Assembly: GCA_025465465.1 (NCBI GenBank)
Contig: JAODND010000089.1
Span: 85,336 to 149,335 of the forward strand
Direction of reading: 5' to 3'
DNA: 64,000 bases
Source: Frankiales bacterium
GTDB taxonomy: Bacteria; Actinomycetota; Actinomycetes; Mycobacteriales; SCTD01
Below, one piece after another: positions 56,538-64,000 of the stretch. Both the position numbers and the translations under genes were made by a program. How positions within the stretch are numbered: position 1 is the stretch's first letter; every line of letters starts with the position of its first letter. Under the pieces are notes generated by a model that worked only from the letters and a program-made list of their open reading frames with translations, was not told where the DNA came from and searched no databases.

Positions 56538-58886
56538 TCATGCTCGGGACCGGTCCAGGCACTCGGCGTCTACCGCGGCGCGCACATCCGCCGGGAGGCT
56601 GAGCTGCGCGAGCACCTCATCGGTGTGCGCGCCGAGTGCCGGCGCGAAGCCGATAGGCGCGGCGGGGGTCGCGGAGAAATCGAGGTACGGGCGCTGGAAC
56701 GCGGTGCTCGCGAAACGGGGCTTGGACACCTCCGCTGGGACGCCGGCCCGGTCCAGCACGCTCAGCCAGTCGGCGGCGCTCCGGCAGGAGAGAGCATCAC
56801 CGAGGCGCTTGCTGAGATCCTCGTCGTTGATCAGCCGGCTGGCCGGGTCCTCGAAGCGCGCGTCCGTGAGGAGGTCTTCGCAACCCAGGGTGGTGCAGAG
56901 CGCCGCCCAGTGCTGGGGGGTGACTGCGGCCAGGCAGAGCCAGCCGTCGGCTGTCTCGTAGAGGCGGTACAGCGCGGAGAAACCGAGCTGGAGGTCGTCG
57001 AGACGGGCGCGGTCAGGTCCGCTGCCGTCCGGGAACGCGAAGGTGCCGGACGATGTCGCGAGACAGGCTCCGAGGATGGAGCAGCCGACTTCCTGGCCCT
57101 CGCCCGTGCGCTGCCGGTCGTAGATCGCCGAGACGATCCCGATGGCCACGAGGAACCCGTTGCCGAGGTCTCCGAACGAGGTGCCGAAGAAGGGACGTCC
57201 GCCTCGTCCACATCCGCCGTCCTCCCACTCCTGGCCGGCGAGCGCCGATGCCGACTGGTCGGTGCCGGGAAGGTTGGCGGCGGACCGGGCACGGTCGAAC
57301 CCTCGGCTGGCTGCGTAGATGATGTCGGGCTTCAAGGCGCGCACGTCGTCGTAGCCGACGCCGATCCGCTCGGCGACGCCCCAGCGCATGTTGTGCGTGA
57401 CGACGTCGGCGGTCTTGACGAGCTCGTGGAAGGCGGCCAGTCCGTTGGGCTTGCCCAGGTTCAGCAGGACGCTGCGCTTGCCGCGGTTGGCCAGCTGTCC
57501 GATCCCCGTCGCGAGCCACGGCCCGTCCCAGGGTGCGTTGATCTTGATGACGTCTGCGCCCAGGTCGGCGAGCAGCGAGGAGCCGTAGGGCCCGGCGAGC
57601 GCGAGCCCGATGTCGAGAATCCGCACACCTTGCAGCGGCTTGCTGACGGGGGCGCGCTGGACACGGGCTGGAGATGCCTCATCGGTCGCTGCGGCCCGCG
57701 TCGCGGCGTCTCGCTGGACCAGCGCCGTGTGCTCGCCGCGACGGGGAGCCGGGCCCTGGACCGCGCCGGGCGAGCGGCTCAGCTCCGTGAGGACACCGAC
57801 GTGCCGGATGTCTCCCAGGTCGGGGTCCTGCACGCACACGACCAGACCCTCGTTGAGCAGCGTCGGGTCCGAGAGGGCCTGCTCGGGGCTGCGGACGATC
57901 TGGACGCCCTCGTGGACCCGCTCGGCCCAGCGTCGCCAGTCCTCAGCCGGAAACTTCTTGAACGCCTCTTGCATGAGCGGTAGGTAGTGGAACAAGACGA
58001 TGATGTTCTCAGGCTCCATGCCGATCCGGCTCGGATCCACCCGCCGGTGCGTGTACTCCGGGGCGGCTGCGTCCTCGAGGCGGTCGTGCTCGGCCGCCTG
58101 CACGACGGACAGCGGCTTGATCGGCCACTGGTGCACCCACCGGCCGTCCTGGCACTCGAACAGGCCTCGCGGTGCGCCGCGCAGGTTCATCCACGTCCCG
58201 CCCGTGGCACCGCCCGCTGGCAGCGCGGGAGCGAACGACGCACGCGGCAGCATCGACGCCTCGATGTGCTGCCCGGTGCCGGTTCGTTCACGGGCCACGA
58301 GTGCGGCAGCAATCGCGAGCGTCGCGGCGTAGAAGCCGTTGAGGCTCATCCAGGGTGAGGCGCTGAACAGCGGCCCGTCCGCGCGCGCCGCCTGCTCGGC
58401 GCCGTCGGGGATGGGCACGTCGGGCACACCGAGGTCTCCATGGGACATGATGCCGCCGCGTTGCGCCCATTGCGCACCGGTGCGGGCGGCGACGAGGGCT
58501 TCATAGCCAGGCCTGTCGCTGTGTTCGTTTCCCTCCCCATAGGCGGTGACGGAGCAGCTGACGAGCCGCGGGTTGAGGGCGCTCAGCTGTTGTGGGCCGA
58601 GTCCGAGCTGTTCCATGGCGCCCGGTCGCAGGGAGTCGATCAGTACGTCTGCGTTCCGGAGCAGCGCGAGCAGCACCTGACGGTCGGCGTCGTGGCGTAG
58701 ATCGAGGGTGGCGCTGCGCTTGCCGCGGTTCCAGACCCGGTACCCCGGGAGGTCAGCGAAGGGGTCATCCGGTCGCTCGACCCGGGTCACGCGCGCCCCC
58801 TGGTCGGACAGCATCATGCCGACCATGGGGCCGGCGACCCCTGACGTCAGCTCGAGCACTTCCAGGCCGCTGAAGGCACCTGTCAC
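56538..58886 (-). CDS. Tandem (two-domain) class III CoA-transferase
   Basis: Two repeats of the ..LE/LD...AGP...D.GA.V...NRGKRS motif; about 782 aa; GTG 58886. Confidence 0.9.
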   Translation of the reverse strand: MTGAFSGLEVLELTSGVAGPMVGMMLSDQGARVTRVERPDDPFADLPGYRVWNRGKRSATLDLRHDADRQVLLALLRNADVLIDSLRPGAMEQLGLGPQQLSALNPRLVSCSVTAYGEGNEHSDRPGYEALVAARTGAQWAQRGGIMSHGDLGVPDVPIPDGAEQAARADGPLFSASPWMSLNGFYAATLAIAAALVARERTGTGQHIEASMLPRASFAPALPAGGATGGTWMNLRGAPRGLFECQDGRWVHQWPIKPLSVVQAAEHDRLEDAAAPEYTHRRVDPSRIGMEPENIIVLFHYLPLMQEAFKKFPAEDWRRWAERVHEGVQIVRSPEQALSDPTLLNEGLVVCVQDPDLGDIRHVGVLTELSRSPGAVQGPAPRRGEHTALVQRDAATRAAATDEASPARVQRAPVSKPLQGVRILDIGLALAGPYGSSLLADLGADVIKINAPWDGPWLATGIGQLANRGKRSVLLNLGKPNGLAAFHELVKTADVVTHNMRWGVAERIGVGYDDVRALKPDIIYAASRGFDRARSAANLPGTDQSASALAGQEWEDGGCGRGGRPFFGTSFGDLGNGFLVAIGIVSAIYDRQRTGEGQEVGCSILGACLATSSGTFAFPDGSGPDRARLDDLQLGFSALYRLYETADGWLCLAAVTPQHWAALCTTLGCEDLLTDARFEDPASRLINDEDLSKRLGDALSCRSAADWLSVLDRAGVPAEVSKPRFASTAFQRPYLDFSATPAAPIGFAPALGAHTDEVLAQLSLPADVRAAVDAECLDRSRA

Positions 58887-58938
58887 GGCGGCCCCCCTTC
58901 CCCATCGAGGGTGGGACCAGTGGCACCGGGGCGGCGCC

Positions 58939-58954
58939 ACATCATGCATACAAT
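58939..58954. promoter_or_regulatory. Putative GntR/FadR operator (motif 1)
   Basis: ACATCATGCATACAAT upstream of tandem CoA-transferase. Confidence 0.68.
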
Positions 58955-58962
58955 ATGTTCGC

Positions 58963-60180
58963 TCATCTCGAAAGCGTTTGGGGGCGACCGGCACGGGGCG
59001 TGACGGACACCTGCAGCTGCTTCAACCCGCGAAGGTTGCCCTGCAGGGCGCGCACGGCGCCGCCTTCGACGAGCTCCCAGTCTGCGTAGCGCGTGAGGAA
59101 CTCCTCCAGCGCGACGCGGGTCTCCATCCGGGCGAGGGAGGAGCCCAAGCACATGTGCCGCCCGAGGCCGAAGCCGACGTGCCGCTCGAGCGGCCGGTCG
59201 AGGTCGTAGCGCTCCGGGTCCGGGAACTCCCGTGCGTCATGCAGCGCGGCGCCGGTCATGAGCAGCACCCGGTGGTCAGCGGGGATCGTGACGCCGTGCA
59301 GCGTCACCTCGCGGGTGGTCGTCCGGCCTTGGTAGTGGCTGGGCGGGTCCCAGCGGAGCGCCTCCTCGACCGCCTTGGGCAGCAGTCCTGGGTCGGCTAC
59401 CACCCGGGACCGCTCGTCCGGGTGCCACTTGAGGGCGATGATCGCGTTCGAGATGAGCTTGGCCACGGTCTCGTGGCCGGCGAACGCGAGCTCGAGAAAT
59501 CGGGTTCCCAGCTCGGCGTCGCCGGGCATGCGCGTGCCGCCGGCCCCGTCGTCGACCGGCGTCGTCATCAGCAGGCTGACGAGATCGCTTCCGGGTTGGC
59601 GGCGTCGCTGGGAGGCGAGTTCGACGAGCAGGACGGTGAGGCCCTTCGCGGCGACGGCCTCCTCCGGGCTCGCGTCGCGGCCGAGCCCGGACGCGACGAG
59701 TCCGGCGAGATGGACGATCTCGTCACGCAGTTCCAGCGGGATGTCCAGCAGCTCACTGATGACGTGCATCGGCAACCGGATGGCGAACTCATCGACGAAC
59801 TCGAATGTGTCGAGGCCGGCGAGTGGGTCGAGCAGCTCGGCGGCCGTCTGACGGATGAACGGTTCCAGCGCTGAGATGCGCCGAGGTGTGAACAACGGCG
59901 CCACGATCCTGCGGTGCAGGGTGTGCTCCGGCGGGTCCTTCACGATGAGCAGCGGCGTCGCGGCCTCGTCGCCCTCGATGGTGACGCCCTTGGCTGACGA
60001 GAAGGTCTCGTAGTCCAGATGCGCCTCCACGACATCGGCGTAGCGCGACAGCGCGTAGAACTCCAGCTGCTCGTTCCGGTAGACCGGCGCCTCGTCCCGC
60101 AGTCGGGCGTAGACGGGGAACGGGTTGTGGACGATCGCAGCGTCATAGGGGTCGTAGACGAGCTCAGGCCCAGCTCTCAC
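58963..60180 (-). CDS. Cytochrome P450
   Basis: DPPEHT..R, AGHET I-helix, EEALR ExxR, FGLGRHMCLG heme Cys; GAGGTG RBS before GTG 60180. Confidence 0.96.
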   Translation of the reverse strand: MRAGPELVYDPYDAAIVHNPFPVYARLRDEAPVYRNEQLEFYALSRYADVVEAHLDYETFSSAKGVTIEGDEAATPLLIVKDPPEHTLHRRIVAPLFTPRRISALEPFIRQTAAELLDPLAGLDTFEFVDEFAIRLPMHVISELLDIPLELRDEIVHLAGLVASGLGRDASPEEAVAAKGLTVLLVELASQRRRQPGSDLVSLLMTTPVDDGAGGTRMPGDAELGTRFLELAFAGHETVAKLISNAIIALKWHPDERSRVVADPGLLPKAVEEALRWDPPSHYQGRTTTREVTLHGVTIPADHRVLLMTGAALHDAREFPDPERYDLDRPLERHVGFGLGRHMCLGSSLARMETRVALEEFLTRYADWELVEGGAVRALQGNLRGLKQLQVSVTPRAGRPQTLSR

Positions 60181-60251
60181 TCGGGGGCCACCTCGCCGTC
60201 CTGTCGTCACTGTCCAGCCACGCCCATGGCGGGCATCTCGACTTGGTTGCA

Positions 60252-60264
60252 GAATGTATACTGC
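60252..60264. promoter_or_regulatory. Putative GntR/FadR operator (motif 1)
   Basis: GAATGTATACTGC in P450/carboxylase divergent spacer. Confidence 0.6.
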
Positions 60265-60524
60265 ATCACATTGCTCGATCCGTGGCCGCCTCGTACCCGG
60301 GATCTTCACCGCGTCAGACCTCGCCGGACCCGTTCAGACTTTCGATCCGCCATGCGGACGCTCCGACCGACCATTCGCCCGCGTCGAGCTCGGGACTGCC
60401 CACGCCGCAGGGCCCGGGCACGCGCGTGGCCGCCACGTAGGCCCCGTCGTCCTGGCCCGTTGCTACCGCCGAGTAGCGGCGGGGCAGGATGTGACGCAGC
60501 CGACACGTGGAGGATCACCGCCGG

Positions 60525-61310
60525 ATGAAGCCCGATCTCAGTTCGCTGCTGCACGACCTGGCGGCGGAGCACGCCGCGCTCGACGCGCGCGTCGCCGACC
60601 TGTCCGAGACGGAGTGGCGCAGCCCGACGCCGGCCGAGGGCTGGGACGTCGCCGACTGCGTCAGCCACCTGCACTACTTCGACGGGACGGCAATCCTGGC
60701 GCTCGTCGACGGCCTTGCGTTCACCAAGCACCTCGACGCGATGCTGAGCGGCGGGGTGCAGCCGGGGGCCGACGTGCAGTTCGGGCGTGACAACTCGGGC
60801 GGCCACCTGCTCGAGGACTGGCGCCGGGGACGGTCCGCGCTGCTGACCGCCCTCGACAAGGCCGATCCCGCTGCCCGCGTGCCCTGGTACGGGCCGCCGA
60901 TGAGCCTCGCGAGCTTTGCCAGCGCGCGGCTGATGGAGACGTGGGCGCACGGACAGGACGTGTCCGACGCCCTCGGGCTCGAGCCGGTCACGAGCGACCG
61001 ACTGCGGCACGTCTGCCACATCGGCGTGCAGGCCCGGCCGTACGCGTACCTGGTGCACGGGGTAGAGAACCCGGACACGCCCGTGCGGGTCGAGCTCACC
61101 GGACCCGGTGCGGGGGAGTGGGGTCCCGAGGACGCGACCGACCGCATCGCCGGGCCGGCTCTCGACTTCGCGCTGCTCGTCACGCAGCGCCGGCACCTCG
61201 ACGACCTCACGCTGACCGTCGAGGGCGACACCGCTGCCGGGTGGGCGCGCATCGCGCAGGCCTACGCGGGTCCCGCCGGCACCGGTCGCGCGCCGCTGGG
61301 GGCGGCGTGA
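60525..61310 (+). CDS. TIGR03084-like metal-binding protein (mycothiol-dependent maleylpyruvate isomerase superfamily)
   Basis: TPAEGWDV.D.VSHL, WYGPPMS, RLMETWAHGQD; start 60507 or 60525. Confidence 0.85.
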   Translation: MKPDLSSLLHDLAAEHAALDARVADLSETEWRSPTPAEGWDVADCVSHLHYFDGTAILALVDGLAFTKHLDAMLSGGVQPGADVQFGRDNSGGHLLEDWRRGRSALLTALDKADPAARVPWYGPPMSLASFASARLMETWAHGQDVSDALGLEPVTSDRLRHVCHIGVQARPYAYLVHGVENPDTPVRVELTGPGAGEWGPEDATDRIAGPALDFALLVTQRRHLDDLTLTVEGDTAAGWARIAQAYAGPAGTGRAPLGAA

Positions 61311-62932
61311 CCGTGCTGGGCACGGCCGTCGACCGTGCGTCGGAGGCCTACACCAAGAACCGCGAAGACATGTTGGGCCAGCTCGAGAAGCTCGACGAAC
61401 AGCTGCAGCTGTCCGGTCGGGGCGGCACCGAAAGGGCCGTCGAGCGGCACAAGGCCGCGGGCAAGCTGACCGTGCGGGAGCGGGTCGCGATGCTCATCGA
61501 TCCGGACACGCCGTTCCTCGAGATCGGTGCGCTGGCGGGCTTCTACACCGACTACCCGGTCGGCGGCGGCGCCCTCGTCGGGATCGGCAGCATCAACGGG
61601 ACGGAGTGCGTCATCTTCGGCCACGACCCGACGGTCCTCGGTGGCGCGCTGACGCAGACCAGCATCCCGAAGATCGACCGGGCACTGCAGATCGCCAAGC
61701 AGAACCGGATGCCCTATGTGCAGCTCATCGAGTCGGCCGGCGGCGACCTGCGCCCCCGCGGCAGCGACATCGAGGAGATCCTGAAGAGCTCGACGTTCCA
61801 CTTCGCCGGGTCCGGTGGCTTCTTCTACGAGACCACCGTGCTCTCCGGTCTCGGCATCCCGACCATCGCGATCGTCTTCGGCAGCTCGACGGCCGGCGGG
61901 GCCTACATGCCCGGCCTGTCCGACTACACGATCCTCGTCAAGGACCAGGCCAAGGTCTTCCTGGGCGGCCCGCCGCTGGTGAAGGTCGCGACGGGTGAGG
62001 AGTCCACCGACGAGGAGCTCGGCGGCGCCGAGATGCATGCGGCTGTGAGCGGCCTCGCCGACTACCTCGCCGAGGACGAGCTCGACGCCATCCGGCAGGC
62101 CCGCGACGTCGTCGGGCACCTGCACTGGCGCAAGAGGGGACCCGGGCCTACCGGTCCCGCTGACCCTCCGGTGCTGGAGTCCGACGACCTGCTCGGTCTG
62201 ATCTCGCAGGACTTGCGCCAGCCCCTCGACGTCCGCGAGGTGATCGGCCGGATCACCGACGGCAGCCGGTTCGAGGAGTTCAAGGCCCGCTACGGCACCA
62301 CGCTGGTCTGCGGCTGGGCCGAGGTCCACGGCTATCCGGTCGGCATCCTCGGCAACAACGGCCCGCTCTTCCCGGAGTCGTCGCAGAAGGCCTCGCAGTT
62401 CATCCAGCTGTGCAACAAGACCTCGACTCCGCTGGTGTTCCTGCAGAACATCACGGGCTACATGGTCGGCCGGGACTACGAGCAGGCCGGCATGGTCAAG
62501 TGGGGCAGTCAGATGATCAACGCGCTGTCCAACAGCGCGGTGCCGCACGTCACGATCATCCTCGGCTCGTCCTACGGCGCCGGCAACTACGGGATGGGGG
62601 GCCGCGGCTTCGGCACCCGTTTCGTGTTCCTCTGGCCGACGGCGAAGGTCGCCGTCATGGGGCCGCAGCAGATCGCCGGTGTGATGTCGATCGTCCGTCG
62701 CGCCCAGGCAGCCAGGCGCGGCGAACAGGTCGACGAGGCCCTGGAGAAGGTGATCACGGACACGGTCGCGGAGGTGCAGGAGCGGCAGTCGCTCGCGATG
62801 TACGCCAGTGGGCGTGGCGTCGACGACGGCGTCATCGACCCGCGCGACACCCGCACCGTCGTCGGGCTCTGCTTGAGCGCCTGCCACTCGGCCGAGGTGC
62901 GGGGCGCAGAGTCGTTCGGGGCGTTCCGGTGA
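61307..62932 (+). CDS. Acyl-CoA carboxylase carboxyltransferase (beta) subunit
   Basis: [49 protein letters not shown]; GTGA overlap. Confidence 0.93.
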   Translation: MTVLGTAVDRASEAYTKNREDMLGQLEKLDEQLQLSGRGGTERAVERHKAAGKLTVRERVAMLIDPDTPFLEIGALAGFYTDYPVGGGALVGIGSINGTECVIFGHDPTVLGGALTQTSIPKIDRALQIAKQNRMPYVQLIESAGGDLRPRGSDIEEILKSSTFHFAGSGGFFYETTVLSGLGIPTIAIVFGSSTAGGAYMPGLSDYTILVKDQAKVFLGGPPLVKVATGEESTDEELGGAEMHAAVSGLADYLAEDELDAIRQARDVVGHLHWRKRGPGPTGPADPPVLESDDLLGLISQDLRQPLDVREVIGRITDGSRFEEFKARYGTTLVCGWAEVHGYPVGILGNNGPLFPESSQKASQFIQLCNKTSTPLVFLQNITGYMVGRDYEQAGMVKWGSQMINALSNSAVPHVTIILGSSYGAGNYGMGGRGFGTRFVFLWPTAKVAVMGPQQIAGVMSIVRRAQAARRGEQVDEALEKVITDTVAEVQERQSLAMYASGRGVDDGVIDPRDTRTVVGLCLSACHSAEVRGAESFGAFR

Positions 62933-64000
62933 TCCGTCGCCTGCTGGTCGCCAACCGCGGCGAGATCGCGCGGCGCATCATGCGCACCGCGCACGCCATG
63001 GGCATCGACACCATCGCCGTCTATGCCGATGGCGACGTGATGGCGCCGTTCGCCCGCGAGGCCTCGGTCGCTGTCGCACTCGACGGCCACACCGCGGCGG
63101 AGACCTACCTCGACGCTGACAAGGTCCTGGCCGCGGCCAAGCGCGCCGGTGCCGACGCCGTCCACCCCGGCTACGGCTTCCTGTCGGAGAACGCCCGCTT
63201 CGCGCAGGCCGTGATCGACGCTGGCCTGATCTGGGTCGGTCCGTCGCCGGAGGCAATCGCTGCCATGGGCGACAAGCTCGAGGCCAAGAAGCTGATGGCG
63301 GCCGCCGGCGTACCGACCCTGGACGCCCCCGAGGGTCACTTCCCGGTGCTGGTGAAGGCGGCCATGGGCGGTGGTGGCAAGGGGATGCGCGTCGTCACGC
63401 GTCCCGAGGAGCTCGACGAGGCGCTGGCCGGCGCCCGACGGGAAGCACTCGCCGCGTTCGGCGACGACACGGTGTTCCTCGAGCGCTACCTCACCGGCGC
63501 ACGGCACGTCGAGGTGCAGATCCTCGGTGATGCCCACGGCAACCTCGTGCACCTCGGCGAACGTGAGTGCTCGATCCAGCGTCGCCACCAGAAGGTCATC
63601 GAGGAGGCGCCGTCGCCTGCCGTCGACGAGCGGCTCCGGGAGCGCCTCGGCGACGCGGCACTCGCGGCGGCGAGGGCGATCGGCTACACGAATGCCGGCA
63701 CGGTGGAGTTCCTGCTCGCCGGCCGCGAGTTCTACTTCCTCGAGGTCAACACCCGGCTCCAGGTCGAGCACCCCGTCACCGAGCTGGTCACCGGCCTCGA
63801 CCTCGTGCGCGAACAGCTCCTCATCGCCCAGGGTGAGGCGCTGACCTTCGCCCAGGCCGACGTCACCCTCACGGGCCACGCCGTCGAGGCACGGCTCTAT
63901 GCAGAGGACCCCGCCAACGACTTCCTCCCCGTCACCGGGACGGTGCTGACCTGGGTGCCCGCGCCGGGCGCCAGGTTCGACAGCGGGATCGAGTCGGGCA
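62929..64000 (+). CDS. Biotin carboxylase (acyl-CoA carboxylase alpha subunit), truncated by window end
   Basis: Not in ORF track; my translation from GTG 62929 gives [61 protein letters not shown]. Confidence 0.93.
   Translation, partial: MIRRLLVANRGEIARRIMRTAHAMGIDTIAVYADGDVMAPFAREASVAVALDGHTAAETYLDADKVLAAAKRAGADAVHPGYGFLSENARFAQAVIDAGLIWVGPSPEAIAAMGDKLEAKKLMAAAGVPTLDAPEGHFPVLVKAAMGGGGKGMRVVTRPEELDEALAGARREALAAFGDDTVFLERYLTGARHVEVQILGDAHGNLVHLGERECSIQRRHQKVIEEAPSPAVDERLRERLGDAALAAARAIGYTNAGTVEFLLAGREFYFLEVNTRLQVEHPVTELVTGLDLVREQLLIAQGEALTFAQADVTLTGHAVEARLYAEDPANDFLPVTGTVLTWVPAPGARFDSGIESG

Noticed and set aside
5945-60264. Possible KstR/KstR2 operators
   Set aside because: Neither intergenic motif matches the TnnAACnnGTTnnA or AAnCAAGnnCTTGnTT consensus, and I found no TetR gene in the window.
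60265-60506. Long spacer between P450 and TIGR03084-like gene, with ORFs 60243-60440 and 60254-60790
   Set aside because: No convincing coding signal or structured-RNA motif; only short GC-rich stems.
1-64000. Hundreds of long alternative-frame and antisense ORFs (e.g. 10750-13197 +, 29067-30926 +, 61262-62887 -)
   Set aside because: Arg/Pro/Ala-rich shadow ORFs expected in high-GC DNA; they overlap well-supported genes and show no family motifs.
1-64000. rRNA, tRNA, CRISPR arrays, transposases/integrases
   Set aside because: No cloverleaf, rRNA-like segment, regularly spaced repeat or mobile-element motif seen by eye; the window is nearly fully coding. A tRNAscan/Infernal run would be needed to exclude small ncRNAs.
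3-64000. Secondary-metabolite biosynthetic cluster interpretation
   Set aside because: No PKS, NRPS, ACP, terpene synthase or RiPP precursor seen; the enzyme set, importer and repressor-type operator fit catabolism.

Overview
A 64-kb high-GC actinobacterial-type window that is almost entirely one CoA-dependent catabolic gene island of about 59 CDS. It encodes 8 crotonase-fold enzymes, 5 acyl-CoA dehydrogenases, 4 AMP-forming and 1 ADP-forming acyl-CoA ligases, 4 class III CoA-transferases, 3 amidohydrolases, 4 thiolase-fold proteins, 5 SDRs (one mycofactocin-type), MaoC/DUF35 modules, a P450, a ferredoxin, an aldehyde dehydrogenase and an acyl-CoA carboxylase, plus one GntR/FadR regulator. 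Many parts resemble actinobacterial sterol side-chain/HIP enzymes (FadD3-, Ltp2-, ChsH-, alpha2beta2-ACAD-like), but I recognise no steroid ring-cleavage genes or KstR. Main findings: (1) an AT-rich palindromic motif (core TTGTATACAA) recurs in 15 intergenic positions, including upstream of the gntR gene, suggesting one regulon; a second 16-bp palindrome (CATAG-N6-CTRTG) occurs three times; (2) a LIV-type ABC importer has two unannotated genes coupled into its operon (a secreted, C-terminally anchored protein and a 2-TM protein), a candidate undescribed lipid-uptake system; (3) several enzymes have non-canonical active sites (Asp-less CoA-transferase domains, 7 of 8 crotonases lacking the two-Glu pair). 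A small insert encodes a Cys-rich miniprotein, an EEP-family enzyme and an H-NOX/V4R-like-GAF-GGDEF-EAL protein. I saw no rRNA, tRNA, CRISPR array or mobile element. Many starts were corrected from the ORF track using RBS and stop/start overlaps. All family calls are from motif recognition by eye; no database search was run.
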